Source of the DNA: Paraspadella gotoi
Lineage: Eukaryota > Animalia > Chaetognatha
Length of the DNA: 64,000 bases
Direction: 5' to 3'
NCBI GenBank assembly: GCA_051294375.1
Contig: CM119263.1
Location: 12,191,130-12,255,129 of the forward strand
Positions within the stretch are counted from its first letter, which is position 1. Each line of letters opens with the position of its first letter. Below the pieces are notes generated by a model. The model did no database searches. It saw only the letters and a list, made by a program, of their open reading frames with translations, and was not told where the DNA came from. This document shows positions 28,705 to 41,400 of the stretch, one piece after another. A program made the translations under genes and the position numbers.

Positions 28705-31700
28705 TAACAAAGAAATTGAGTAAAGGACAGTGGTCAGATGTTAGGACAGGAGAAAGTGAAGGAAGGGAAGGAGAGTGAGTGAATTTTGAAATTGGTGAAA
28801 AAGAAAAGAGAGAGAGAGAGATCAATGCATATAGCAATGTACAACAGTGAATAGAAGTGAAAAACGAAAGTAACATAAGTTAATAATAAATAAATGTTTG
28901 TGAGAATTTGGTTTAATAGTAAGAATGAAATATGAAATGGAAGAATAAGTTGTGAGGATAGCTAAAGGTAAGTTTTAAGAGAAAAATAAGATGAGAAAGA
29001 GCTCAAAATGAGCTGGCCCCCCCTGGCCGGGCAAATGAGGACATTACCGATGTGCTCGGTTCATTGGCCTGTAATGGCTGACGAGGATATTGTGGTGGAG
29101 TGGGATTGGTTCGGGTCTGGAAAAGATCCGGCTGGAAAAAAGGCCAAGTGCCACTCGTATATCTCTCTGGCCTGATAGGCCTGCCGAGAGCCCTCTTCTC
29201 ACCTGATGGTAGGCGGGCAGTTGTCTGTTCTGCGCCGTTTTGAAACGGAGATACAGATTCCTCTCCCTCCTCTTGCAGCCGTCGTTTTGGGCGGCGCTCA
29301 GCACGAGAAGAGTTGTGCCAAGTTGCTGCAGGCTCAGGAGAGCATCAGATGTTCATTGCCTGCTAGGAGGTCTCCGCTGACCCGTTGAGTGGAGACAGGG
29401 GAATCACCGTGCGGCTGAGGTGGCGTTGGGTGCTCCACCACAGTTTTGATTAGCGAATCATAGCTTGGAGGAGTTCGAATCGTCCTCCATCACGTTTCAA
29501 AGAGGGTTCGAGGTCTTTGATGTTACTTTCGTTTTCACTTCTATTCACTGTTGTACATTGCCAAATGTATTGATCTCTCTCTCTCTCTCTCTTTCTTTTC
29601 ATCAATCTCAAATTTACTCACTCTCCTTCCCTTCCCTCACTTTCTCCTGTCCTAACATCTGACTCAATTCTAAAGCTTTGAAATTTTATTCATCAATTTT
29701 ACTTTAATATTATGAATTTCTTTTTAATATAATTAAAAAATAATACTGTGATAATAAGGTCTTGGTGAATTACCAGTTTTCATCAGTACTAATTAAAAGT
29801 TATGGGAGACATGGTTGAAAAGGAAACCATTCCATCTCTCTCACTCTCTCTCCTCTTTTTTTCTTCTCAAACCATGTCTCAAAAATTTTTAATTTATGCT
29901 GATGAAGATATGACTTCGTCGAAACATGTCCATAATTTACTATGAAGATAAATAAAACTTTACAATTGCCAAAACAAACCAAGGACTTTTACTTATTCTG
30001 AATTAAATGTTTGCAAATTTAAAATTAGTGATTACAAAAAAATCAGAATAAAATTTTTAACAAAATTTTTAAAAAACCTTTTTTGAGGTATTATGCTCGT
30101 TTCAGGGCTAAGAAAGAAAAAATATTAAAGTACAATCATTAATTGTACTTTAAAATGGGTAAAAAAGATAAAAAACTAATTAATTATTGTTTATTCAGTT
30201 GGATAATAATAAACTACAAAAATTATGGGAAATTCTAAAAAAACTAAAAATGCTCATTCAGGGCCTGGTAGTCAAGCGATATCGAGGTTTGCGACGGTTT
30301 TTGACCTTACCATCAGATTCCCTACCCCCATATTAGTATAGTTAGCCTGTCCCAACAGTAAAAATGCAAGCTTTATATTTTTTTGAAATGTTTTAGCAGA
30401 GGTTGCATTTTATTTCGCTAGTCTTTCAGGCTTAGGCGAAATAATGTCTTACTTCGGCTTCTCATTGACGTCTTCGTTATCGTCCTCATACTTCTTAGAA
30501 TTAAATCATGATTGGTTTTTTCAAAAATGTAGTTATAAATAATAAAAAATGAAAAATTTATAATAATGTTGAAAATGTTTTTTATCTCGCCAGACGGGCG
30601 TATGCCTGACTTGGGCGAGATGTTAATTTGTTTGTTTCTTTTGATCGTAGTTATCATCGTTACGCTGTTTTAATATTGAAAATATGATATTAATTTATAG
30701 TGTATAATTATAGGAAGCAAAAAATTTTGATCTAACTTTTAATCAGCAAGATCTTTTAGATTCATACATTTTATATTCTAATATTCATTTGTTTATTTTA
30801 TTTACAAAATAATTTTTATTTATATAGACAAAATCAGATCTCCAGCTCTTTTAAATATATGTCGCTTTTTTTTTTTTTTCTGAACAAGTTAAGCTCTGCA
30901 GCGGTTGTCCACCTTTTTTTTTTTTTACTCATACACGCATTTGTTTGGTTTTTATTTATAATTAATGATTCATCGTGTTAATGAATGATTATCATCGCAT
31001 CAATCCTTTGGTTATTATCGTATTAATATTTGGTTTTTATTGTATCAATATTTGGTTTTTATTGTATCAATAATTTATTATTATATCAATTAACTAATTA
31101 TTTTTACTTTTACATCAATTAATTATTATTACATCCATCAATCAATTATTATTATATCCATCAATCAATTATTATTATATTTATCAATCAATTACTTTTA
31201 CATCTATCAATTACTATTACATCAATCATTTATTATTATATTAATAATTTGTTATCGCATCAATCATTTGCTTGTTTTTTTAAATTTTTTAATTAATTTT
31301 CTTTGATAGTAACGTCTGGCGAGATCACTATACTTTTAAGATTTTTAAAAATAATTTTCCTTGGGTAACGATTTTGGATTGAAATCAGATTTAGAGTAAT
31401 AATTTTGGATTAGTAATCTTGAATGAATGATTTTTTTATCAATTAAATCTTATAGCAGTTTTTGCTAATGAGATATTTAATTTTAAAATTTCAGCGAAAA
31501 CCGTTCTATGATTTTTTTTTTTGTATCAGAGATCTGATCGGCGTCGACTCCCTTTTCGAACCTTGCCCAACTTCCGGTCAGCTGTCGCGCAGTTTTGTGA
31601 GAGGTGGCTGTCTTCAAAAGCTGAGTAGGAAGGGCTACCAGCAGAGAATGTTTTTCCTCTTCACTGACCTACTTCTTTATACTTCACGGTAATTATAAAT

Positions 31701-34271
31701 ATGACTTGCAATGTAATGTTAACTACTAGCAATAGACCAGATTTTTTAACCACAATAAATTTTTATCTTAGATGCGCTTCTTCATCACTTCAGTTCAAAG
31801 TTCACGGAACAATTCCTGTTCACGGTGGGTGTTTTTTATGATATGCACTAGCGTCTATTATAACAAGAACGGTTTTTCAGATGTGTTGCGCCGCATTTTA
31901 TTTTCACGTGTATTTGTTTTTGATCACATGATATGACATGATATGATATGACTAAAAAACTTTCTTAGCCCTTGTATTTATGACATGCACTGCATCGAAA
32001 TTCTGTCTTTTATTCTTTATAATTTTAGGATTTTCTGAATTTTTAGATTTGAAGTTTTTTCCTGTCTTAACAAATGCAAAACCAATTATAGGCGAATTAC
32101 AGTTCTACGCAAAAAAAAGGACGCTCAAAAACATTATGAAAATAAATCATGTTAGAATTTTTTAAAATAAAAGATATTATAAGTGAATAATATTAAAAAA
32201 AAATTTAATAATTCAGGAATTATTTAAGATTATTGGTGTAAATTTGGTTAATCCATAGCTTTTCGTTAATAAGCAGTGAATTTTTAAAAGTAATTATTCA
32301 GTTACAACTATTAAGTATTCAAACAGAATGTCAGCGCCAAAATAAATTTTAAGATACTGTAGGTTTGGAATGATTGGACCGATTTTCTTTTAAGTTGTAC
32401 TTATGGATTCTTCTTTCAAATGTTTTTATTTTTCATTTACAATTTTAAAAAAATATAAATATAATGCCCATAAATTAAGGTTAAAAAATATTTTTAGTTT
32501 TTAATAGATCTTTAAAAATGGTTTTTAAAGCGATTCAAATGACAAATATTTCTGACCCTTTATCTTTTGGGAGCTATAGCTTTTAAATGCTTAGACCGAT
32601 TTTTTTAACTTATATGTATGGATATAACAATTTTAAAAATCTATATCATTCATAAATTTTTATAATATGTGCGTAAAATGAGAGCAACTTAAATTTGAAG
32701 AGGGTCCTCTTTTTTTTTTTTTTATCACAACTGTATAATGTGTGTAGTGTATACTGTATATACATTTTTAACGTAAGTGGGACAGACCGATGGACAGACA
32801 TTCCGACCGACAGACCGACCGAAAAGTGACTTATTTTGTTGCTCTGCGAGTATTCGCAACTAAAAAGCTAAGAGTGAAAAAACTAATTTGACACTACAAT
32901 GTAGATTTTAATAGAAATATCGTTCTCTAAGGAATGATGATCGAAGAGGATGACTTTCCAAAGAACCACCATCATTCGCACATTTCGCAAAACGTGGGAT
33001 TCGCGATCTACGGTCAGACAAAGACTCTCATCGTCGCTGCCTCGTCCGCGGAGGAAAAAGTGAAATGGATCGCGGTTAGTCGTAGTCATTTATATAAAAT
33101 AGTTTTTCCGGTCGATTTCGCTTTCGTCCTTTCCAGGACTTGCGATTTGTGATTTCGTCAGCCGAAACGAAGGAGACGGACGGCGATACGAGTCCTTTGA
33201 TTAATCGTTATCCGTCGCTCAAGTCGAACTCATCTTCCGCCGAAAACCTCGACGACATGGACAGCGACGCATGCCGAAGTCCCACGGGGGTGAGGATGGG
33301 AGGAGACAATTTAGTCAATTACGTATCGTTTATAATTTTAGAGGGAAATTCCACGAATGAAATTTATATTTTAGGATAAGGCCGTGCCACCGTCCAGCAG
33401 TAGCAATCATCGCGCCAATACGACCGTTCACGTTTGTTGGCATCGAAACACATCTGTCGGCATTCGAGATTATCGCCGTCCACGACCCAAATCTCCGATC
33501 AGAAACGTTATCTCGGGCGGTCTGGTCAAAACCACCCACGAGTCTACCCTGTCGGCCGAGGTGATAATGATAGGCTTCACATCTTTGGCAAAAATATTGC
33601 TTGAGAAACTAGAGAAAAATATACCTCAATTGTAATTTTTTTTTACCAGGCCTTTGCACTGAGTGGTTACGTATTGCGCAAGTTTAAAAACTCCAACGGT
33701 TGGCAGAAGCTTTGGGTCGTTTTTACTAACTTTTGCCTCTTTTTCTACAAAACATTCCAAGACGACTATCCTCTCGCTAGTCTACCTCTTCTGGGTACGT
33801 ACAGTCATTCATATCAGCCTTTATAAATCACCCTCTAAGATTGATAGTTTTTTTCAATGAAGTACTCAACAGCAAAAGTAAACGTGAAGAAATTTGATTC
33901 ATTGTAGACTGACATTTTTTTTTATTCCTTGTAATTGACTAAAGATAACAAAATTTTCTATACATTTCTGTACACTATTTTTCTTAAATAATTTTTAAAA
34001 ACGTTCTTATGAAACGATTGGAATTTGTTGGAATTACAATTAACTGAAAACAAATTTCCAATTTCTACTTCCAGGCTATTCTGTTTCTGCCCCTACGGAA
34101 AAAGACGGCATCCATAAGGATTACGTTTTTAAATTACAATTCAAGAACCACGTATACTTTTTTCGAGCGGAGAGCCAGTACACTTATGAGCGATGGATGG
34201 AAGTCATTGGGGTGGCCACCGTCGCCCCCGTTCAAACCCCCGAAGTCGGAGTCGCTCTCGATCGAGTCTAA
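22250..34271 (+). CDS. FARP: FERM, ARHGEF (DH) and pleckstrin domain-containing protein (FARP1/2 orthologue, CDEP-like)
   Basis: FERM: [66 protein letters not shown]: [19 protein letters not shown]1: [17 protein letters not shown]. Linker [18 protein letters not shown]2: [42 protein letters not shown]. Stop TAA at 34269-34271. Confidence 0.95.
25795..26036. ncRNA. GC-rich multi-hairpin island in a FARP intron (candidate structured RNA or transposon remnant)
   Basis: Near-perfect hairpin 25795-25835, ANANNA-type ATATCA at 25838, second hairpin, ACA at 25881, further hairpins (gcctgtga/tcgcaggc; gctgt/atagc) and a T-run. Confidence 0.35.
28547..28590 (-). ncRNA. Minimal type I hammerhead ribozyme
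   Basis: Minus strand AAUG-CUGAUGA-A-GACUC-GAAAACUA-GAGUC-GAAA-CUUG-UC/CAUU: intact core, 5-bp stem II, 4-bp stem I. Confidence 0.8.
29894..29935 (+). ncRNA. Minimal type I hammerhead ribozyme
   Basis: UUAUG-CUGAUGA-A-GAU-AUGACUUC-GUC-GAAA-CAUG-UC/CAUAA: intact core, 5-bp stem I, palindromic ACAUGU stem III; predicted cut after 29930. Confidence 0.78.
32760..32870 (+). mobile_element. Possible Helitron/DINE-like element 3' end
   Basis: GACA/GACC microsatellite (ggacagaccgatggacagac...gaccgacagaccgacc) followed by a short hairpin (tgcgag tat tcgca) and an A-run. Confidence 0.3.
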
Positions 34272-35484
34272 GATTGATTTCACCCATCCACTTGGAAATC
34301 TCTATCGTTTCAATAAACTAACATTGCAAGGAGAATACTAAGTACTTAGGATTAATTTCTCAGGTTTTTCTCTTATTAGTAATATTAATGTGCGTAGAAT
34401 GTCTTCCAAAGCATCTTTCCTCTCGATCTTTGTGTCGAATGTCGCTTGCTCTCTGACCAAATTCGAGATAAATCCCTTCCGTCTTAATTGTTCATCATGC
34501 ACCCAGCCTTAATAACGTTGTTCTTGATCCCGGTTTCGTTTTTTTCTATAAGTTATGTGCCATTGTTTACCAAAGTTTGATTATTCGCTTTGAGCCGGTT
34601 AGTTAGCAGGGTATATAGTGCCTGTGAAATTCTAGTTTTAATTTTGTCCGAAATCCCCCAGAAAATTGTATTTGTTTTACGATTACGTATACTTTTTAGG
34701 TTTTATTTACGTATTGCAGTAACATACGTAGATCTCTGCTATGCTCACGTAAGATTTCTGAGCTTAACCCTTGCATTTCTTTCATCTTATAAGGAATACG
34801 AATAATAAGTTCCAAAATATTTTAATCTAGTCTTTCTGTTTTGTACTTAATGTATCGAAGTGTAACACTGTGTTCAAGAGACACCAAATACAATTCAGAT
34901 CAGATTCCCCGGCCACCCTCCTCCCTAAAGAAAAAACAGTCTAAGCCATAGACCATCATCTGGCCAAACAATTCTACATCTTCTATTGTAATGAAGTTCT
35001 TATCCGCTTTTACTGCCTTTTGCGTACAATTTCAAAATATAAGACTTATACAGAAAGTATCGTTAAATTAGTAATTATATTCTAGCCATTTTAAATAGAT
35101 TACACTTATATATATATTTGAAAATTTCTTTCGTAATGTAATTTATTATTATTGGGCAAATACGGTAGTGTATAATCAGTTACTTTGATTTACAATGTAC
35201 GCGAACCGTTTTAAAAAATCAAAATATTTTGTTCATTAAATTGTGAGTCATAACAAATATAACGATCAATTTAAAAAAATTAAAAATTCGTGACACTAGA
35301 TAATTAGGTAATTTCGAATTAGGCATCCCAAAAAGTTTTAAATTTCTGACTAAATCATCACTAGGTTCAATTATAAAAACTTCTTGGCTCTCTCAAAAAT
35401 TATATTTTAGCTACCATGACAACATAAGGCGAATTATTAATATGCTACGACGATTTAACTTATTCTATAACTCTCTATTTGGCT

Positions 35485-38400
35485 TCAGTAAGTTGGCTTT
35501 CGTGGTTCTATATAAAGACTTTGCCGCGTCCTAATGAAATATAATTAATTATATTTAAGTGTATTATGGCCTCAGGAGCCGCCCACTACCACTGGCTGAA
35601 CTGTCTTAATTTCCGAAAAAAACTTTATTACCGTAAACATTGGTCTTCATCTATGTATATTGATTTGCGCGTCATCATGATCTTGTCTGTCAACTCTCGC
35701 TGTTGAGCCTAGATAGTGGACAATTGTATTAAAAATATAATTTAAAAAGAGAAATGGTACATTTATAGGAAAGTGGAGCGCTAGTAATTTGTTTTTTAAC
35801 GCATAACCATTTTGATGCTCACCTTGAACTGCCTCAGCCTGAGTTCGATATCCCTCAACGTCTCCGTCAATTCTGCTGTGGTCTTGTCAAAATCTCCAGA
35901 GCCGCATAGCAGGCGGTTCTGCGCAGCGTCGCGACAATTCTCCATGTCGGGCCGTTGATTCCTGGCGTGTATACGGGCTTGGACAACCATCTTCTGGGGA
36001 ACTTTGTCTGCAATTGACTTTTTGGTGTATTCCTGATTCTGTTCCATGCTGAAGGTCAGCTCCTTTGTCTGAAAGGAATTTGTAGTGCGCAAGACAGTCC
36101 TTAATTAACGGAATTCCAATTTAATTTATCCATTGATGCGATTAAACAATTAAAAAATATTTTGCCTCTTCAATAATGAGGAAGTCAAATAATAAACTAG
36201 CTTGCAGGGTCTTGAAGCAGCAACCATTCTTATTATCTGTAAGATGGATGGCCTTAGGGATGATCTACCTATTCGACGACCGCAACCAACCTTCTGTACC
36301 ATCCATTTAATTTTGTTTTCTTTTTAGCATTGAATTTTAATAATATACATTTTTTTGCGCAGTAATATAAATTTCATAATTTTATGATTAATGATAAATG
36401 TTTTAAATTTATTTTAATTATTATTTATATAGTTGAGGTAGAAAATAAATTATTTTATATATAACGAGTTTTACATTGAATCCGAAACAGGTCCGAAATT
36501 TATTTCTTAATAAAACTCATTGTACGTATATAAAAAATTCATTTTCTACAAATAACGCAACAAAATAAAAATATATTTTTATTTTATATTTTTTAAATGC
36601 TTAACAATTGGGTTAAGGGAACCCAGTGATCGAGGGGGGTCAGGGGNNNNNNNNNNGGTGGTTAAGGATTAAGGGTAGTTAGTTATTAGGGGTAATTAAG
36701 GATTAGTGGTAGTTAGGGTAAAGGGAGGTTTCGAAATAAAATTAATAATAAAAACTTTTGGGTTAATTTTACGCCAACCGGGGTTAAGGAGGGGTTGGGG
36801 TTAAGGGTGGTTTGGGGTTATGGGTGGTTAATAGAGTGAAGTGAAAATGATAAAATTTTAGAAAAATAAAATTTAGCATATAAAATATAAAAATAAAAAC
36901 TAATTAGAATACTTATTTATTTTTTAATTTTATACAATAGTGGGCACCAGTGAGCTATACTTTTATATAATAATAAATATATAAAAGTTAGAATTTCAAA
37001 ATGCAAATTTTATAATTTTAAAATCGGATTTAGATTCCTTGCAAAAAGTTGATAAATGAAAGTATAATTCTTTCTTGAAAATTTTTTTATTAAGTTAGTC
37101 AAAAATATAAAAAACTATATTTAAAATACTGATTTTTAATTTCTAGCTTAAAAATATTTTTTTAAATTTTAACCTACTTAATAATATAATTTTTGAAAAA
37201 GATTTTTTTTTTTTTATCAACTTTTTAACGAGGAATCTGAATCAGATCTCAGAATTTAAAAAAAATATTTTGAAATTTTAATATTATATAAGGGTAGTAC
37301 TATATACAAAATAAGCTGATTGGGCTATTATATTTATAAAAAAAAAAACTTCAGATTAGTATTCATTATATATTCACTATATATTCACTATGTATTCATT
37401 ATATATTCACATATATTCAAGATATAACTGTTAAATTTTGATTCTAAACTTTTATTTCGCCTTAGTGGTTAGTTAAAAGAGTTAGGGTAATTTGGTAATT
37501 TTTCTAATTTTTTTTTAAAGAGCAAGCATTTTTAAGTGGTTTTTCAAATGACCTTAAAACCGCGGTCGGCGCAAATAAAATTTAGACAAACTTCTTTTAC
37601 TTTTATCAATATTTTTTGTTTTAATTTTTCCATAATGAGATTTTTATACATCGTTCGTAAGAAGCGAAAAACAAATAACCGACCGCAAAATCCCGGTCGG
37701 CGAATGTATAAATAAGCCATTATATTGTACAAAATTCATTTTTATTTTTTTATGAAAAAGTAATCCAACCGTTTCCATCTTTTCCTCTAACTTTTCCAAT
37801 TCTTGTCGTCTCTTCGTCAATTGATCCTTCAAGTAGAAAATAAAATAAAATAAAATAAAAGTAGCTACAAGAAAGAATTCTTGATCGTTTTTACCTTCAG
37901 CATCTCGTTTATGACGAACCACTGCTTGAAAATGCCGTTTTTGGCGTTATTAATCAGGTTCTCAATCTCCGCCCTTAGATTAGAGGAACGCAGTCGCTCA
38001 TCCTGGGAAGTCAAGACTGAGTCTTTTGACGCTTGGCCCCAGGTTTCCGGGTAAGAGACACTAAACACGAAAGCGTTTTTCATTTATGGGGACGATGGTC
38101 CCCATAAATGGGGGCGTCGTCGGCATTCAAATTATAGATCGCTATTTTAATAATATATATAATTGTATGAAGCAGAAAATTTAGATATATATTCTCATCA
38201 TCGAGGTATTTTAAAACGTTGTTTGTTTATATTTTATAAACAAAATATTTTTATCTGTAAATGCAAATTAGATGATAGTTTAGGAAAATTGCTGCCTCTT
38301 CTGATTGGACTAAAAACGAGTTGAGCTTTGCTTTCTCTCTCTCTCTGTCTCTTTTTCTCCCTCTTTCTTTCCCTCTTTTTCTCTTTCTCTCTCTCTCTCT

Positions 38401-41400
38401 CTCTCTCCCCTATCTCTTTCTCTTCTCTTCTCTTTTCTCCCTTTTCTCCTCTTTTTCTCCCTCTTTCTCTCTCTCTTTTTCTCCCTTCTTTCTTTCCTCT
38501 TTTTCTTTTCTCTCTTTCTCTCTCTCTCTCTTCTCCCTCCCTCTTCCTCTCTCTCTTTCTCTCTCTCTTTTTCTCCCTCTTTCTCTCTCTCTTTTTCTCT
38601 CTCTCTCTTTTTTTTCTCCCTATTTCTCTCCCTCTTTCTCTTTCTTTGTTTTTTATTTAAAAAAAAATTGTGTCATCATCGAAATCGTGATGATAAGCAT
38701 CACAGTCGAGCACGTTATCATGTTACCATCTCAAAAGCATGTTTTTATTTTGCTTTTTTTCTTACCTTCTCTCTTTTTTTCTATTATTTTTTTATAGTTT
38801 TGTTATGTATAAATTTTTTTTTGTATTAAATTTCGAGTATTAATTAATTTTTGTGTATGTTTGTCATACGTCCAGATTTTTTTTTTTTTTATTTATTTTA
38901 TGCGATTGCGATGATCCTTATGCTTACCGCAGATTCTGGCTCTATAATTCACTTCCGCCCCCCCAATCTTGTCGGTAGGTCACTTAATTCCTTCCTTTTT
39001 CCCTTAGTCGTTGTTGCATTAAAAATTTCTTTGCTATTAAAAAAATTATATAAAAAATATTTTAAATTGATGTAAATTATTCTAATTTTAATTTTGTATA
39101 AAATAAGTGCATTGATAAAAAAATGCATATATTAAAAACAATTAAAAATCAATAAAAATATGATAATTATTTTGGTATTTGGTATTTCCATCATTGAATC
39201 AAAAATCCAGAACAAAGTGAATTGTTTTCAAGGAACAAGTCGAGGCAGAAGAATGAAGTTTAATTACTTACGTGGGATCTTCCTCTTCTATTCCAGGATA
39301 TTGTTTGAGACCTCCTGATGTAGCGCGGATGGTGCAGCAAAGGTTTTCAATCTGCCTTGTCTTGAACTTGTTAAACTTGTCCTTTTCTATTGCCGCTTGC
39401 GTGTGCTTGCAATAGCTATAACATCGAAAATATTTTAGATTGACTTTTTTGTTAAAATTAACTCTTAATGACATTTAAAAAACTCGCAATATTTCCGATC
39501 ATAAATATAAACATTAAACAATCTTAACCAAAATCTTCGGAAAATCCACCCCTTCTTTGGAAGATTTTTGCCATAAGATTTTTTCCGAATCTGACTCCCG
39601 GTTAAAAACTTAGAATTCCGATCGTTAGCTCCTCTTTTACTTTTACTTTAAATAAAAATTTTACCAAAATGGACTAATTCACTTTACCATGATCGTATCA
39701 TATTAAAATAACTAAATAAAATGTAAAAAAAAAATTTGAGTGCCCTTCAGACATATGGCTATCGGATTCCTGAATTAGAAGTTTATTGTAAAATCACAAC
39801 ATATGTTAAATGCGTTTACATGTATTGAAGTTGAGAAATCCCTTTATTTTATATATAAAAATTGCGTCGAAAATATTTTTCCTAGCGGACCAGTCTATTT
39901 GAATCTGATAGTTTGATGTCAAAATGATGGTTATTTGACAAGAGAAAAAAAATGCAAGCCCTTCAGATGCAACAGGATCGGAATCTAGTGTTTTTACATC
40001 TATTTTTTTACCGGAATTTTTCTCAGGAGCGTTTACATTGTTTGGTAGTCAGATTTTAAGGAAGGCCAGGTTTACAATTATTTCAAAATCAGCAAAAAGT
40101 GTACCCATCTCGTACCCAAAGTGTACTCAATGAAAAAAATAAGAAAAAAAGAGGAAAAAATTGTAAACCCGGGCTTTCGCCCCAAAGGAAAATCTCCATT
40201 GAAAAAATCTTCCTCGATCTCTAAGAACGACGTCAGCTTTTCTTTAAATTGTACAATTTGTTTTTTTCCTAAACAAATTTGACATTATATGGTTCGGAAC
40301 ATTTTTGCAAAAAAATATTTTGACTCGATAACTAATACCAATAATGGATTTGTTTTATGATATTCCCATTATTACCGCTACTGTAGATGTGACTAAAAAC
40401 ATAAAAGTAAAAACCCTCCTACTATGGAATGGTTAACACACATTGTTTTCAATGAGAACTCCTTACCTTTCTGCGCGAGTAAGGGTATCGGCCATCCTTT
40501 CTTGCTGACAACGTATGAGCTCCACCTCCTTGTACAGTTCTTTCTGGATGTCGTCAAGAAAGCAGTCTTCCCCAGTTCTCCGGTCGCGCCACTCGATGCA
40601 CTTCAACGACGTCTCCAGAGGAATGTCCGTTTCCCTTAAAGACTTGGCTAGCAAGCGCTTTGACTAGATAATTGCACAGAACATATAACATATATATTAT
40701 ATAACATATGAAATTGGTACAACCAATATAAAAATTATCCATTCATTTAATAAATTATATAATTGTAATTTCATAGTCTATATGCAGTATAGAAGGGAAT
40801 ATTGGAAGGGAATATGAATTAGAATAATAACAAGAACTGGATAGTTCAAGGTGGAATAATACGTATTTTTCATATTTTTAACGTATAATCTGAGAATTCA
40901 CCCAAACCAAAAATAAAGAAGGAAAAATATAAAGAAAAGCTAAACTATCGATTTTTTTTCATCAGTGAACAGTGCTCACTGTGAATAGAAAAGAGGACCT
41001 CTGTATTTTATTCCAGAATTCTAACTTTGTACAATCTGTCGACTTCCTTGTCCATCTCTCCGGTTTCTTTGGTCAATTCGCCAAACCTGACATATATTTG
41101 AATTCATAAACAAAGACGGAGCTAATTGAAATGCGTTCCAACGTTCCGGAAACGGAAGTAATGCAAAATATGATTATCATTATGATTGGGGTAGAAAATA
41201 GTAAAATGTTAATTGTTAAGGATTTGTTATTTTTCCGGTTACTTTTTTGGCGTCCTTCAGTATTTTGCTTAAAATTGATGTACGGATAATATTACAAAAC
41301 TGTTTGTTTCAGAGTCATGATTTTGGCAGAAGATTTAGTAATAATAGTAGTTAGTTTGATTGACCAAAAGACCATATCAAACTAACTACTATTAATTAAT

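Larger units (their letters stand above)
28540..29950 (-). mobile_element. 5'-truncated Penelope-like retroelement with inverted pseudo-LTRs
   Basis: Inverted repeat 28733-28876 / 29520-29662, extending outward to paired hammerheads. The minus strand from 29519 reads [17 protein letters not shown](P)PSYDSLIK with a frameshift, resembling the PLE GIY-YIG C-terminal 'LNRDxG..LP..Y..L' motif. Confidence 0.7.
27900..30395. mobile_element. Non-autonomous TIR (foldback/MITE-like) DNA element with an 8-bp target-site duplication
   Basis: Imperfect inverted repeats of about 140 bp at about 27907-28047 and 30247-30388. Subterminal GCCCTGAA(A)CGAGCAT-like motifs on both arms. Flanked by GCAGAGGT at 27892-27899 and 30396-30403. 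Confidence 0.75.

Noticed and set aside
29755-29790. Third CTGATGA (minus strand) with a TGGT/ACCA stem inside the Penelope-like arm
   Set aside because: No GAAA or cleavage site follows; at most a truncated remnant.
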